From: Bacteroidales bacterium
GTDB lineage: Bacteria; Bacteroidota; Bacteroidia; Bacteroidales; JAADJA01
Assembly: GCA_047920975.1 (NCBI GenBank)
Contig: JBLRXC010000001.1
Span: forward strand, 12,220-76,219
DNA length: 64,000 nucleotides
Reading direction: 5' to 3'
Positions 10,499-18,631 of this stretch are shown piece after piece (the first letter of the stretch is position 1; the number at the start of each line of letters is the position of its first letter). Below the pieces are notes generated by a model. That model was not told the origin of the DNA and ran no database searches. It was given only the letters and a program-made list of their open reading frames with translations. A program made the translations under genes and the position numbers.

Positions 10499-11719
10499 AT
10501 GGGACCACTGATTCCACAAGGTTTTGTCAACCCCGATCTCAATCTTTTCTTTGCCTTCGTCATCGGATTGGGATTTGGTTACGTGCTTGAACAGGCAGGT
10601 TTTTCTTCTTCACGCAAACTGGCGGGTGTCTTTTATGGTTATGATTTTGTAGTGCTTCGTGTATTCTTCACCGCAGCAATCACTGCAATGACAGGGCTTC
10701 TGATGTTCAGCTACCTGGGCTGGATAGATTATACCATGCTTTACATCAACCCGACATTTCTCTGGTCAGCCATCGTGGGCGGGGTGATCATGGGATTTGG
10801 TTTTATTCTGGGCGGTTTTTGTCCGGGAACGAGCCTTGTAGGTGCGGTCATTGGTAAGGTGGATGCCATGTTTTTCGTCCTGGGCATGTTCATCGGTATC
10901 TTCCTGTTTGGAGCGTTCTATCAGGCATTTGAGCCGATCTATCTTGGAAATAACCTGGGAGGGATTTTCGTATTCGATTCACTGGGCATGAGCCGTGAAT
11001 GGTTTGCCATTATACTGATTGTGGTTGCCCTCACTGCATTTGCCATCACTCAGCGGATTGAGGATCGTGTGAACAAAATCCCTGCGGATGTGCGCTCTTC
11101 GAGGCCCTCTTATGCGGTACCGGCATTGCTGATCTTAGCAGCCGGCACAATCTTGATCATCTTGCCGCCTCAGCCACGTAGTAAGTGGTATGAAAACGCT
11201 GCTGCTTCCATTCTCTATGAAGTAGCGGAAGGTAAACATCGTGTTTGTACCGATGAGGTGGCTTACGGAATCATCAATGGTAAGAACTATCCAATGGTGC
11301 TGGTGGATGTGAGAGAACAGGAGGATTTTCAGACGTTCGCACTGCCAGGAGCACTCAATGTGCCGGCTGACCAGGTGCTGGACCGTCGCTATGCACCGGT
11401 ATTTGAATCAAAAAATACCAAAGTCGTGCTCTACTCCTTTTCCAACACAGTGGCTGAAGAGGCATGGGTACTCCTTCGCCGATCGGGTTACGAAAATATC
11501 TTTGTGATGGATGGGGGATTGAATGATTTTTTCCATAATCTATTTGTGGAAGAAAGCGTGGTCAGTTCACCCGACTGTCTGCTGATGCACCAGGCAAGAT
11601 TCAGGGAAAAGGCCAGAGAATATTTTAAATCCGGATCAGCAGTTCAGGAGAAGACCAGATTACCAAATCCGGTCATTCAAATCATTGAAGTGGAAATGCC
11701 ATCAGGTGGCGGTTGTTAA
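10499..11719 (+). CDS. YeeE/YedE half-size subunit 2 fused to a C-terminal rhodanese-like domain (Ser at the catalytic position) with a GGC tail
   Basis: 406 aa. N-terminal polytopic part with GGFCPGTSLVGA. C-terminal domain VLVDVREQEDFQTFALPGALNVP...VVLYSFSNTVAEEA...MDGGLNDF. The protein ends ...IQIIEVEMPSGGGC. Confidence 0.8.
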   Translation: MGPLIPQGFVNPDLNLFFAFVIGLGFGYVLEQAGFSSSRKLAGVFYGYDFVVLRVFFTAAITAMTGLLMFSYLGWIDYTMLYINPTFLWSAIVGGVIMGFGFILGGFCPGTSLVGAVIGKVDAMFFVLGMFIGIFLFGAFYQAFEPIYLGNNLGGIFVFDSLGMSREWFAIILIVVALTAFAITQRIEDRVNKIPADVRSSRPSYAVPALLILAAGTILIILPPQPRSKWYENAAASILYEVAEGKHRVCTDEVAYGIINGKNYPMVLVDVREQEDFQTFALPGALNVPADQVLDRRYAPVFESKNTKVVLYSFSNTVAEEAWVLLRRSGYENIFVMDGGLNDFFHNLFVEESVVSSPDCLLMHQARFREKAREYFKSGSAVQEKTRLPNPVIQIIEVEMPSGGGC

Positions 11720-11737
11720 TCATTTAAACCAGAGATC

Positions 11738-12349
11738 ATGAATCACTCACAATATAAAATATTAAACACAGCAGCGGTTTTCTCACTCGGAGTCGTTCTC
11801 CTGGTGATGGTGATCCAATGGATCGCCGCTCCGGCATACCGGATCGGCAATCATGACCTGCTTGAAAAAACCGGTCGGGAAGAAAGATGGATTTTGCCCC
11901 ATGATCTGCACCGGATCGTCAGCGAAGGGCAAATGGAACAATATCTCCTGATTGACCTGAGACAAACAGAGGCATTTAATTCAGGAACTCTTCCTGGTGC
12001 AGTTAACATTCCCTTTGAGAACCTCCTTGACAGTAAATATCAGAGAATTCTCAGGGCAGATAAACCGATGATGTTGTTTTCAGGCAATGAGTCACTGACT
12101 GCAGTTGCAGGCATGATGCTCTATTCCAAAGGTTTTGACCAGGTTTATTTGCTGGCCAATGATTATGTCTTTGTGAAGGAAAATGTGCTTGATGGTTATG
12201 TTCCTGCCTCTGCCATGTCAAAAGGCGAAAAAGCAAGGTTTGATTACAACCGCTATTTTGAAACCAGCTCAAAAAGTAGTACAAAGACTTCGAAACAGCA
12301 GCCTGTGATCATAGAAACAGAAGTGATTCAGGCAGCAGGGGGATGCTGA
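11738..12349 (+). CDS. Membrane-anchored single rhodanese-like domain protein (Ser at the catalytic position) with a GGC tail
   Basis: 203 aa. N-terminal anchor AAVFSLGVVLLVMVIQWIAA. Rhodanese fold signature LLIDLRQTEAFNSGTLPGAVNIP...MMLFSGNESLTAVAG. The protein ends ...VIIETEVIQAAGGC. Confidence 0.7.
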   Translation: MNHSQYKILNTAAVFSLGVVLLVMVIQWIAAPAYRIGNHDLLEKTGREERWILPHDLHRIVSEGQMEQYLLIDLRQTEAFNSGTLPGAVNIPFENLLDSKYQRILRADKPMMLFSGNESLTAVAGMMLYSKGFDQVYLLANDYVFVKENVLDGYVPASAMSKGEKARFDYNRYFETSSKSSTKTSKQQPVIIETEVIQAAGGC

Positions 12350-12405
12350 TTGCTCAAAGGGTAAAAGCCTTTCAAAAGTTTTGAACAGAGAAGCCTGAAG
12401 CAGGG

Positions 12406-12481
12406 TTAAGGACTGAGCGCTTTAAGTGTGAGTCCTTAATGCAGGGAGGGTTTGTGAATCCCTTTCCGTTCTGGTTTTTTT
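12406..12481 (+). terminator. Hairpin pair plus T-run in the convergent gap after the sulfur operon
   Basis: 9-bp stem ttaaggact/agtccttaa (12406..12439), a second stem aggga/tccct (12443..12463), then a T7 run at 12475..12481. The geometry is not canonical. Confidence 0.3.
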
Positions 12482-12513
12482 GGTCATGCCACAAGGTTCC
12501 TTAACCCGCATGA

Positions 12514-14709
12514 TCAATCCAATTCAATGTTGGTCAGTTCACCGGTCAGTTCATACGCATATTCAGGGTATTCATAGACTGGTACACGCGGCTCTGTCTC
12601 GCCGATGCTGTAGCCCCAGATACTTTCATATTCCCTGGCATTTTCGCCTATCTCTTCAAGTTGACGGATATATTCGCTCACAGATTTGGATTCGATGATG
12701 ATCACCTTTCCCATTTTGTGGATGATCGGACTATGACTCCTTGTCTGATCGTGATCGAATTGCAGAACCCTCCTTCCATATCGGGTGATGCCTATAACGC
12801 GATAGGTCAGACTCTTACCTACGCCGGGGAGATTGATTACATTCCGGTCGGTCGCGATAAAAGGAAGATTTTGCTGTTGCATCATCTGCAGCAAACTCTT
12901 ATCCATCTGACCGGGATCAAGGGAAAAGTCCCGGATCATATCCACAAGTTTTTCAGGCAGGGTTCCGAAAGCCTTCTCCTCAATTTGCTCCTGCACAGCT
13001 CTTGCATTTGTGGCAAAATTGAAATAGTTCTCCATGTAACCCTTTACGGAGAAGGTATAGTAAGGAAGTATTCCAATTTCATTGAGAACCTGTCGCAATT
13101 TGGCGTTATGCCCCCTTCGGGAGGCTGCCGTTGTGAAAACGTGCTGATTGGTAATGATCCAGCCGGAATTCAGAAATGCACTGATGGCTTGTTTAACTTC
13201 CGGTGTGATCTCCATGGGCGATTCAAAATGGGTCTGAATTACGAATTGCTGAATACCCTCGTCAATCGCCTTTTCTCTGAAAGTTTTTAGAATCTTGATC
13301 AGTTCGGGTGTGATTCGCTGGGGTAGATAGGCCGGCAGCCGGGTTCCCAATCTTACGCGGACAATTTCAGCAAGTTTCTTACCGGGTGGAAGTGTCTCAT
13401 TCTGTTTTCTCTTTCGGACAGCCATCCTGAGAACAGCATCCAGCATTTTTTCCATGGATTGGTTGGAACTCATCAATGCATCACCACCGGTAATCAGGAT
13501 ATCACGCAGCTGTGCATCTTTCTCCCAGTATTCCATGATCTTTTCCAGTTGGCTCTCCCATGATCCGTCAGGCTTTAACTTATCGAGATTGAAATTGAGG
13601 TTCCCTCTCTGAAAGTCATACATTCGCTGACATGATGCACACAATCCGCCGCAGGCACGTCCCATGGTTGCCGGAATCAGTATGGCCACTTCAGGATAAC
13701 GGCGGTGAACGCTGTGATGTGTTGGTAAAACCCAGCCGGCTGCATTGGGTTTGCCGGGTTCAACCTGATCTTCCTTTTCCCAGGCAACAATGTGGCCAAA
13801 CTCGTCTACCAGTTGCTGGCTGTAAACCACGTAATACCGTATGGCCAGGTCGGCACCGATGGCAAAATAAGGAACCCTGACATGCAGGAGGGAGAGATAA
13901 TAGGGGTTGACGAAAAAGGGAATGCCTGCCTTTTCTGCCGCATAAAGGATTTTCATGGTATCCGGGTCAAGGGAATTACCCAACAGTTCATTCAGCAATT
14001 CGGGTGAGCGCACGGCAAAACTCAGGTGGAAGCGATAATCATCCCACCATTCCAGCATCTGAAGAAATTTCTGCTCATGCGATAGTTTGGGAGCAAATGA
14101 AAAACGGGTGCTGCTGATCTTCCCTTCATCCATTTTTTCGATCAGGATGTTGATGATCCGCTCTCTGTTTTCTTCCCTGAGTTTTACGATTCTCGGGTCT
14201 AAGCCGCCCGGGAACCGTTCCATCCATTCAAGCAGGTTTTCGCGCAACGGCATGCTCCTTTTGAAGGTTCCCGCAAACTGACGGAAAAGATAAAGCATAT
14301 CCTCAAAGAAATAAGGTTTTGCGCCACCGGTGCCAAAATTAACGGCTAACCATATCAGTTTAATGGGGTTACTGATGGCAATTTCTCCCCGCAGATTTAA
14401 ATCTTCATATTCCCTTCCGGCATTGTCAATATAATCCAGCAGCCGGATGGCTGCATAATCCTGCCACGAAAGCTCTTCAAACGCTTCCCTTCCTTTGCGG
14501 GTTCCTTTATAGAATCCAAAGGCGACAGGGCGCTCTGTAAGGTAGCTCAAAACCCAGTTTCGTACACCAATCAATGCTTCGGTTTCATTGCGCGCATGGC
14601 GCATGATCTCCTCAAGTTTTGGATTTTCCCTGAGCAGTTCCTTCAGCAGTTTGTGCGATTTTACAGTGATGGCAATCTTGTCAAGTTTTTGATTTTCGTT
14701 CATTTTCAA
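12514..14709 (-). CDS. KamA-family radical SAM protein (lysine-2,3-aminomutase-like) with a ~340-aa N-terminal extension
   Basis: 731 aa. CxxxCxxC cluster CGGLCASC, ITGGDALM, and LPGVGKS with the candidate PLP lysine. The core begins around residue 340. Confidence 0.8.
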   Translation of the reverse strand: MKMNENQKLDKIAITVKSHKLLKELLRENPKLEEIMRHARNETEALIGVRNWVLSYLTERPVAFGFYKGTRKGREAFEELSWQDYAAIRLLDYIDNAGREYEDLNLRGEIAISNPIKLIWLAVNFGTGGAKPYFFEDMLYLFRQFAGTFKRSMPLRENLLEWMERFPGGLDPRIVKLREENRERIINILIEKMDEGKISSTRFSFAPKLSHEQKFLQMLEWWDDYRFHLSFAVRSPELLNELLGNSLDPDTMKILYAAEKAGIPFFVNPYYLSLLHVRVPYFAIGADLAIRYYVVYSQQLVDEFGHIVAWEKEDQVEPGKPNAAGWVLPTHHSVHRRYPEVAILIPATMGRACGGLCASCQRMYDFQRGNLNFNLDKLKPDGSWESQLEKIMEYWEKDAQLRDILITGGDALMSSNQSMEKMLDAVLRMAVRKRKQNETLPPGKKLAEIVRVRLGTRLPAYLPQRITPELIKILKTFREKAIDEGIQQFVIQTHFESPMEITPEVKQAISAFLNSGWIITNQHVFTTAASRRGHNAKLRQVLNEIGILPYYTFSVKGYMENYFNFATNARAVQEQIEEKAFGTLPEKLVDMIRDFSLDPGQMDKSLLQMMQQQNLPFIATDRNVINLPGVGKSLTYRVIGITRYGRRVLQFDHDQTRSHSPIIHKMGKVIIIESKSVSEYIRQLEEIGENAREYESIWGYSIGETEPRVPVYEYPEYAYELTGELTNIELD

Positions 14710-14896
14710 TAAATTAAGTCAAACAGGGAAGCGTCCTTTTCAATCCCGTTAACATCAAATGATGATGATCATTTGCTTTGCAGGATAATCCGGAACAAAC
14801 ACCTGTTTCAGAAGGTGAATTTACAAATATAGTCAATTTTGACTGATCTTTGCGTCAACGTTTCCGGAATGAAACAGGATAAAGACTTCAAATCAG

Positions 14897-14904
14897 TAAT
14901 TTTG
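14897..14904 (+). promoter_or_regulatory. -7 promoter box TAATTTTG
   Basis: TAnnTTTG match 54 nt upstream of the ATG at 14959. Confidence 0.3.
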
Positions 14905-14958
14905 TATGATGGGGCAATAACATTACCGATTGATGTATTTTTATAAAAAAAATAAAAA

Positions 14959-15756
14959 ATGAAGACTTCCCTGCATGTTTTGATCCTTCTGGTATTTCTC
15001 TACGGGCTGCTGTGTGGTTATATTTACATGATACAGGAGAGGTTCATTTTCTTCCCGGAAAAGCTTCAAAAATCCTTCACATTTCATTTTGAACAGGCGT
15101 TTGAAGAGAAATTCATTGAAATGGCAGATGGTACTGTGTTGCATGGGGTATTGTTCAGATCGGATGAACCACAGGGAATTGTTTTCTATTTGCATGGCAA
15201 TGCCGGTTCACTGGCTTCCTGGGGCTATGTTGCAGAGGCCTATACCAGTCTGAACTATGATGTTTTTATCCCCGATTATCGTGGGTTTGGAAAAAGCGAA
15301 GGCTCCCTCAACGGTCAGAAGCAGCTTTTTCAGGATATGGAGGCACTTTACGACGTAATAAAGAGAGATTACCCTGAGGAGCAGATCATTGTTCTGGGTT
15401 ACTCTATCGGAACCGGACCGGCTGCTAAAATTGCCGCAACCAACAACCCCCGGCTGCTGATCCTGCAGGTACCATTTTATAACCTCACGGATGTCATGTC
15501 GCGATACTATCCGTTCATACCCACATTCATACTGAAATACCGGTTTCCGACCAATGAATACCTGCCCCGGTGCAAAATGCCGGTGGTTATCTTTCATGGC
15601 GACCGGGATGAGGTGATTGACTATGGCTCCTCTCTGAAACTGAAGGAGCTTTTCAAACCGGGTGATACGCTGATCAAACTCCAGGGACAGGGACACAACG
15701 GCATAACAGATAACTCTGACTATCGAATGGTATTGAGAGAAATCCTGTCACAATGA
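14959..15756 (+). CDS. Membrane-anchored alpha/beta hydrolase (BEM46-like)
   Basis: 265 aa with an N-terminal TM helix, HGNAG oxyanion motif, nucleophile elbow GYSIGTG and FHGDRDEV. Confidence 0.8.
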   Translation: MKTSLHVLILLVFLYGLLCGYIYMIQERFIFFPEKLQKSFTFHFEQAFEEKFIEMADGTVLHGVLFRSDEPQGIVFYLHGNAGSLASWGYVAEAYTSLNYDVFIPDYRGFGKSEGSLNGQKQLFQDMEALYDVIKRDYPEEQIIVLGYSIGTGPAAKIAATNNPRLLILQVPFYNLTDVMSRYYPFIPTFILKYRFPTNEYLPRCKMPVVIFHGDRDEVIDYGSSLKLKELFKPGDTLIKLQGQGHNGITDNSDYRMVLREILSQ

Positions 15757-15958
15757 AAATTAAAGATGCCGGGTCATACAATAAAGCATCTTCCACCCGA
15801 AAAACCCTGATGTGTGACAATGTTATCTGTGAACTGGCAATTTGAGGTTGTTCAGCCCTGGAACAGCAACTTTTTCTCCGGTATAGATATCTCTTTGATT
15901 GCATTTGTTTATCCCGTGCATATGATGCAATCAATTATTTTCGCAAAAAATTATTCCT

Positions 15959-16966
15959 TTGTCAAAAGCAGTTGTTTCGGTTCTTCTTCCATTCTATCAG
16001 CATGACAATGAATTGGATACTGCAATTCAGTCGGTACTCGCACAGAGTTTTCCCGGCTTTGAACTGTTGCTTATCAATAACAATGCAAATTCCCGGGCTG
16101 CTGATATTGCCGCAAAATGGGCCGGACACGACAACCGCATCAGGATCCTGTATGAAGAAAAGCAGGGGATTGCTTATGCCTTAAACAACGGTCTGGCTCA
16201 TGCACAGGCTGAATGGATCGCCCGTATGGATGCCGACGATATCGCACATCCCGAAAGGCTCGAAAAACAGCTGGCCTTTGCCTCGCAAAACCCTGGAATA
16301 GATGTTATTGCAACTCAGACCAGTTTTACATCGAAAATTGAGAGGGCAGAAGGGTACGCCAGATTTGTTGACTGGCAAAACAGCATCATCACACCCGAAC
16401 AGCATGCTATGATGCGGTTCAGGGAATCTCCGGTGGCGCACCCTACAGTCATCTTCCGGTATAGGTTGATAAAGCAGTATGGTTATTACAGTACTGAAGC
16501 GCTTCCCGAGGATTATGAACTCTGGCTTCGCTGGTTTGATCAGGGCGTCAGGTTTTATAAATTACCTGAGAAACTGTTGACCTGGAACGACCATACAGGC
16601 AGACTTTCACGCATTCATGAAAATTACAGCAAAGAGGCCTTCTTTGTGACCAAAATAAAATACATGGCAAGGTGGCTATCCCGGTCAATCCCCGGCCACA
16701 AGAAAATTATTGTTTGCGGTGCAGGTAAGATCGGGAGAAAACGGGCGGAATTGCTCCAAAAGCATGGCATTGACATTTACGGATATACCGATGTGAAAAA
16801 CCGGCGCAACAGGCAAATAAGGTTCATCCCCATTGATCAGATCAGGGATCCGGAGAAGTGGTTCGTCATCAACTTCATTGGGAAAAGGGGTGTTCCTGAG
16901 GAGATCAGCAATCATTTCTCTCACCTTGGTTTTATTGAAGCAATTGACTTCATTCATGGGGCGTGA
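15959..16966 (+). CDS. Family 2 glycosyltransferase with a C-terminal Rossmann-like extension
   Basis: TTG start in the ORF track. VSVLLPFYQ...AIQSVLAQSF..., RMDADD (DxD), and a C-terminal IIVCGAGKIGRKRA glycine-rich loop. Confidence 0.75.
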   Translation: MSKAVVSVLLPFYQHDNELDTAIQSVLAQSFPGFELLLINNNANSRAADIAAKWAGHDNRIRILYEEKQGIAYALNNGLAHAQAEWIARMDADDIAHPERLEKQLAFASQNPGIDVIATQTSFTSKIERAEGYARFVDWQNSIITPEQHAMMRFRESPVAHPTVIFRYRLIKQYGYYSTEALPEDYELWLRWFDQGVRFYKLPEKLLTWNDHTGRLSRIHENYSKEAFFVTKIKYMARWLSRSIPGHKKIIVCGAGKIGRKRAELLQKHGIDIYGYTDVKNRRNRQIRFIPIDQIRDPEKWFVINFIGKRGVPEEISNHFSHLGFIEAIDFIHGA

Positions 16967-17103
16967 TGAACACACCATCGGTTTTAAATTCCTGCAACCA
17001 GGTTAAATTTATGACAAATAAAATGAGCAATTACCTGTAACAGCCTTTTGCCACGAGTGGTTGTGACGTGGTTATTTAAAGTTTAGCGCCAGCGATCCTG
17101 AAA

Positions 17104-17853
17104 CTACAACGGGTTAGACTGGTACCAGGTAGCATCTTCCAGAACAGCGCTGTACTTGTAACCTGCGCCAAAGTCTTTATCAACGCTTAGGATCCCTTCA
17201 AAAGTCAATACATCCCCGACCTCAAAATCCGTTGGTATGACGGAAGTGATAGTCAGATCATAATGGCCCTTACTTTCAGTTCCATCCTGGATGTGTATCC
17301 AGTTGCGTTTCATAATGTTCTGGTTTATCTTCACCACCTGTCCCCTTACGATGACTTTTGTGTTCTTGAGCTGTGTTTTATTGCTGAAAATTTCAGCAAT
17401 TGTTTTGCCATCTCCCGCAGGTTCAACATGAATGTCTGTTTGTGCTTTGGTCATGGTATGGTCATGCGGGGGTGAACTGGCGACGTCGTGCTGATTTTCA
17501 GCCGATCCTTCACCAAAATCCTGAATGAACATTACCGAGTCAAATATCTTTTCCAATTCCCTGCTTTCAAAATCCTTCATTACCATCCCTTCAACATACA
17601 TATAACGCTTGCCGATTTCAAGCTGTCTGGCTGTAATGGCTGCCCAGAAAACCGTTCCGTTGTCATCAAGTTTTACGTAAGTGTAACTGCCGGCATCATG
17701 CGCTTCGAGCACTTCAGCATAGCGGGTGTTTGGTTTCCCCATTTTTTGCATCATTTCCTCAAGTGTTGTATCAGATTCTGAGGTTTTTGTTGAATTGTAA
17801 TTGCAGGAGGTCAGCACATTGACTACCAGTAAGATGATTAATAAAAATCTCAT
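17104..17853 (-). CDS. Lipoprotein of unknown function, possibly with periplasmic OB-fold-like modules
   Basis: 249 aa. Signal plus lipobox (VVNVLTSCNY), followed by two beta-rich modules. The family assignment is uncertain. Confidence 0.55.
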   Translation of the reverse strand: MRFLLIILLVVNVLTSCNYNSTKTSESDTTLEEMMQKMGKPNTRYAEVLEAHDAGSYTYVKLDDNGTVFWAAITARQLEIGKRYMYVEGMVMKDFESRELEKIFDSVMFIQDFGEGSAENQHDVASSPPHDHTMTKAQTDIHVEPAGDGKTIAEIFSNKTQLKNTKVIVRGQVVKINQNIMKRNWIHIQDGTESKGHYDLTITSVIPTDFEVGDVLTFEGILSVDKDFGAGYKYSAVLEDATWYQSNPL

Positions 17854-17930
17854 ATTAAGCTAATTAGTTGTTGTTGTATTTATTTTATACCAGGACACCC
17901 CAATGGAACCTGGCTGTAGTGAATGAGATG

Positions 17931-17938
17931 CAAAGATA
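17931..17938 (-). promoter_or_regulatory. -7 promoter box TATCTTTG (minus strand)
   Basis: The + strand reads caaagata, 77 nt upstream of the start at 17853. The same octamer recurs at 34295 and 36245. Confidence 0.3.
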
Positions 17939-18252
17939 ATAGTTCCTGGAAATGTGTTGGTTGAATATTGCCGGCCGGTAATTTGACAAAGGAGAAGGGA
18001 AGAAGTCATAGAAAAATCGAGGCAGATTCACGAATGAACCGACAGAGGCTGTGTAAAAAAACACCATTTAACAAATGCTGATTGTGTTCAGAGAACGATT
18101 AACCCTGACAGGAATATCACTGATGAGAAACCCTGCGTTCATGGAAGTTCATTTGATCAAAAAGTGCCAAACCGCGTGCGCTAAAGCTTAGCGGTGGCAC
18201 AAGATCAAGGCTTGATAAAAATTTCTTGTTTTCTGCAGATCGGATTCTTCAC

Positions 18253-18282
18253 GCCTGCCTGCCGTCAGCCTGGCAGGCAGGC
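18253..18282. repeat. Perfect 11-bp GC-rich hairpin gcctgcctgcc-N8-ggcaggcaggc
   Basis: Read directly. It lies inside the 978-bp gene-free gap. Confidence 0.7.
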
Positions 18283-18589
18283 AATACAATCCGCTCCAAC
18301 GCACCGGCCTGCCCTTACTTCTGTATTGCTTACTAAGCCCACCGCCGGAATCCTCACTTTGAAAACGTGCGAAATTTTTATAAGGCTGGTCCCTTAAGCA
18401 GGCTTGGTGGACGTTTTAGACCGACCTTAAATTCTTTTCGCAGCAAAACAAGGCAATAAACTATGTGACTTCGGCAAGCTCAGCAACCACGGTGGCCTGC
18501 GGAGCGATCCGGAAGGCAGGGCAAAAAAGCATTAACCGCTATGGAAGGTAATCCTCAGCCTGCTTTGCCGGCTTGGATCGCGCAAGAGG

Positions 18590-18631
18590 TTTGTTGGCGT
18601 AGATTTTGCGCGGAAAGAATTTTCAGTCTTG
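18590..18631. repeat. 42-nt repeat core, copy A (tttgttgGcgtagattttgcgcggaaagaattttcagtcttg)
   Basis: 41 of 42 nt are identical to 56723..56764. It is followed at 18627..18665 by tcttgat...atcaaga and gttctttttt/aaaaaagaac pairings. Confidence 0.9.

Noticed and set aside
18508-18520. tccggaaggcagg, resembling the SRP RNA domain IV GGAA tetraloop region
   Set aside because: The flanks do not form the long symmetric helix of 4.5S/SRP RNA, and the conserved 3' side (AGCAGCC-type) is absent.
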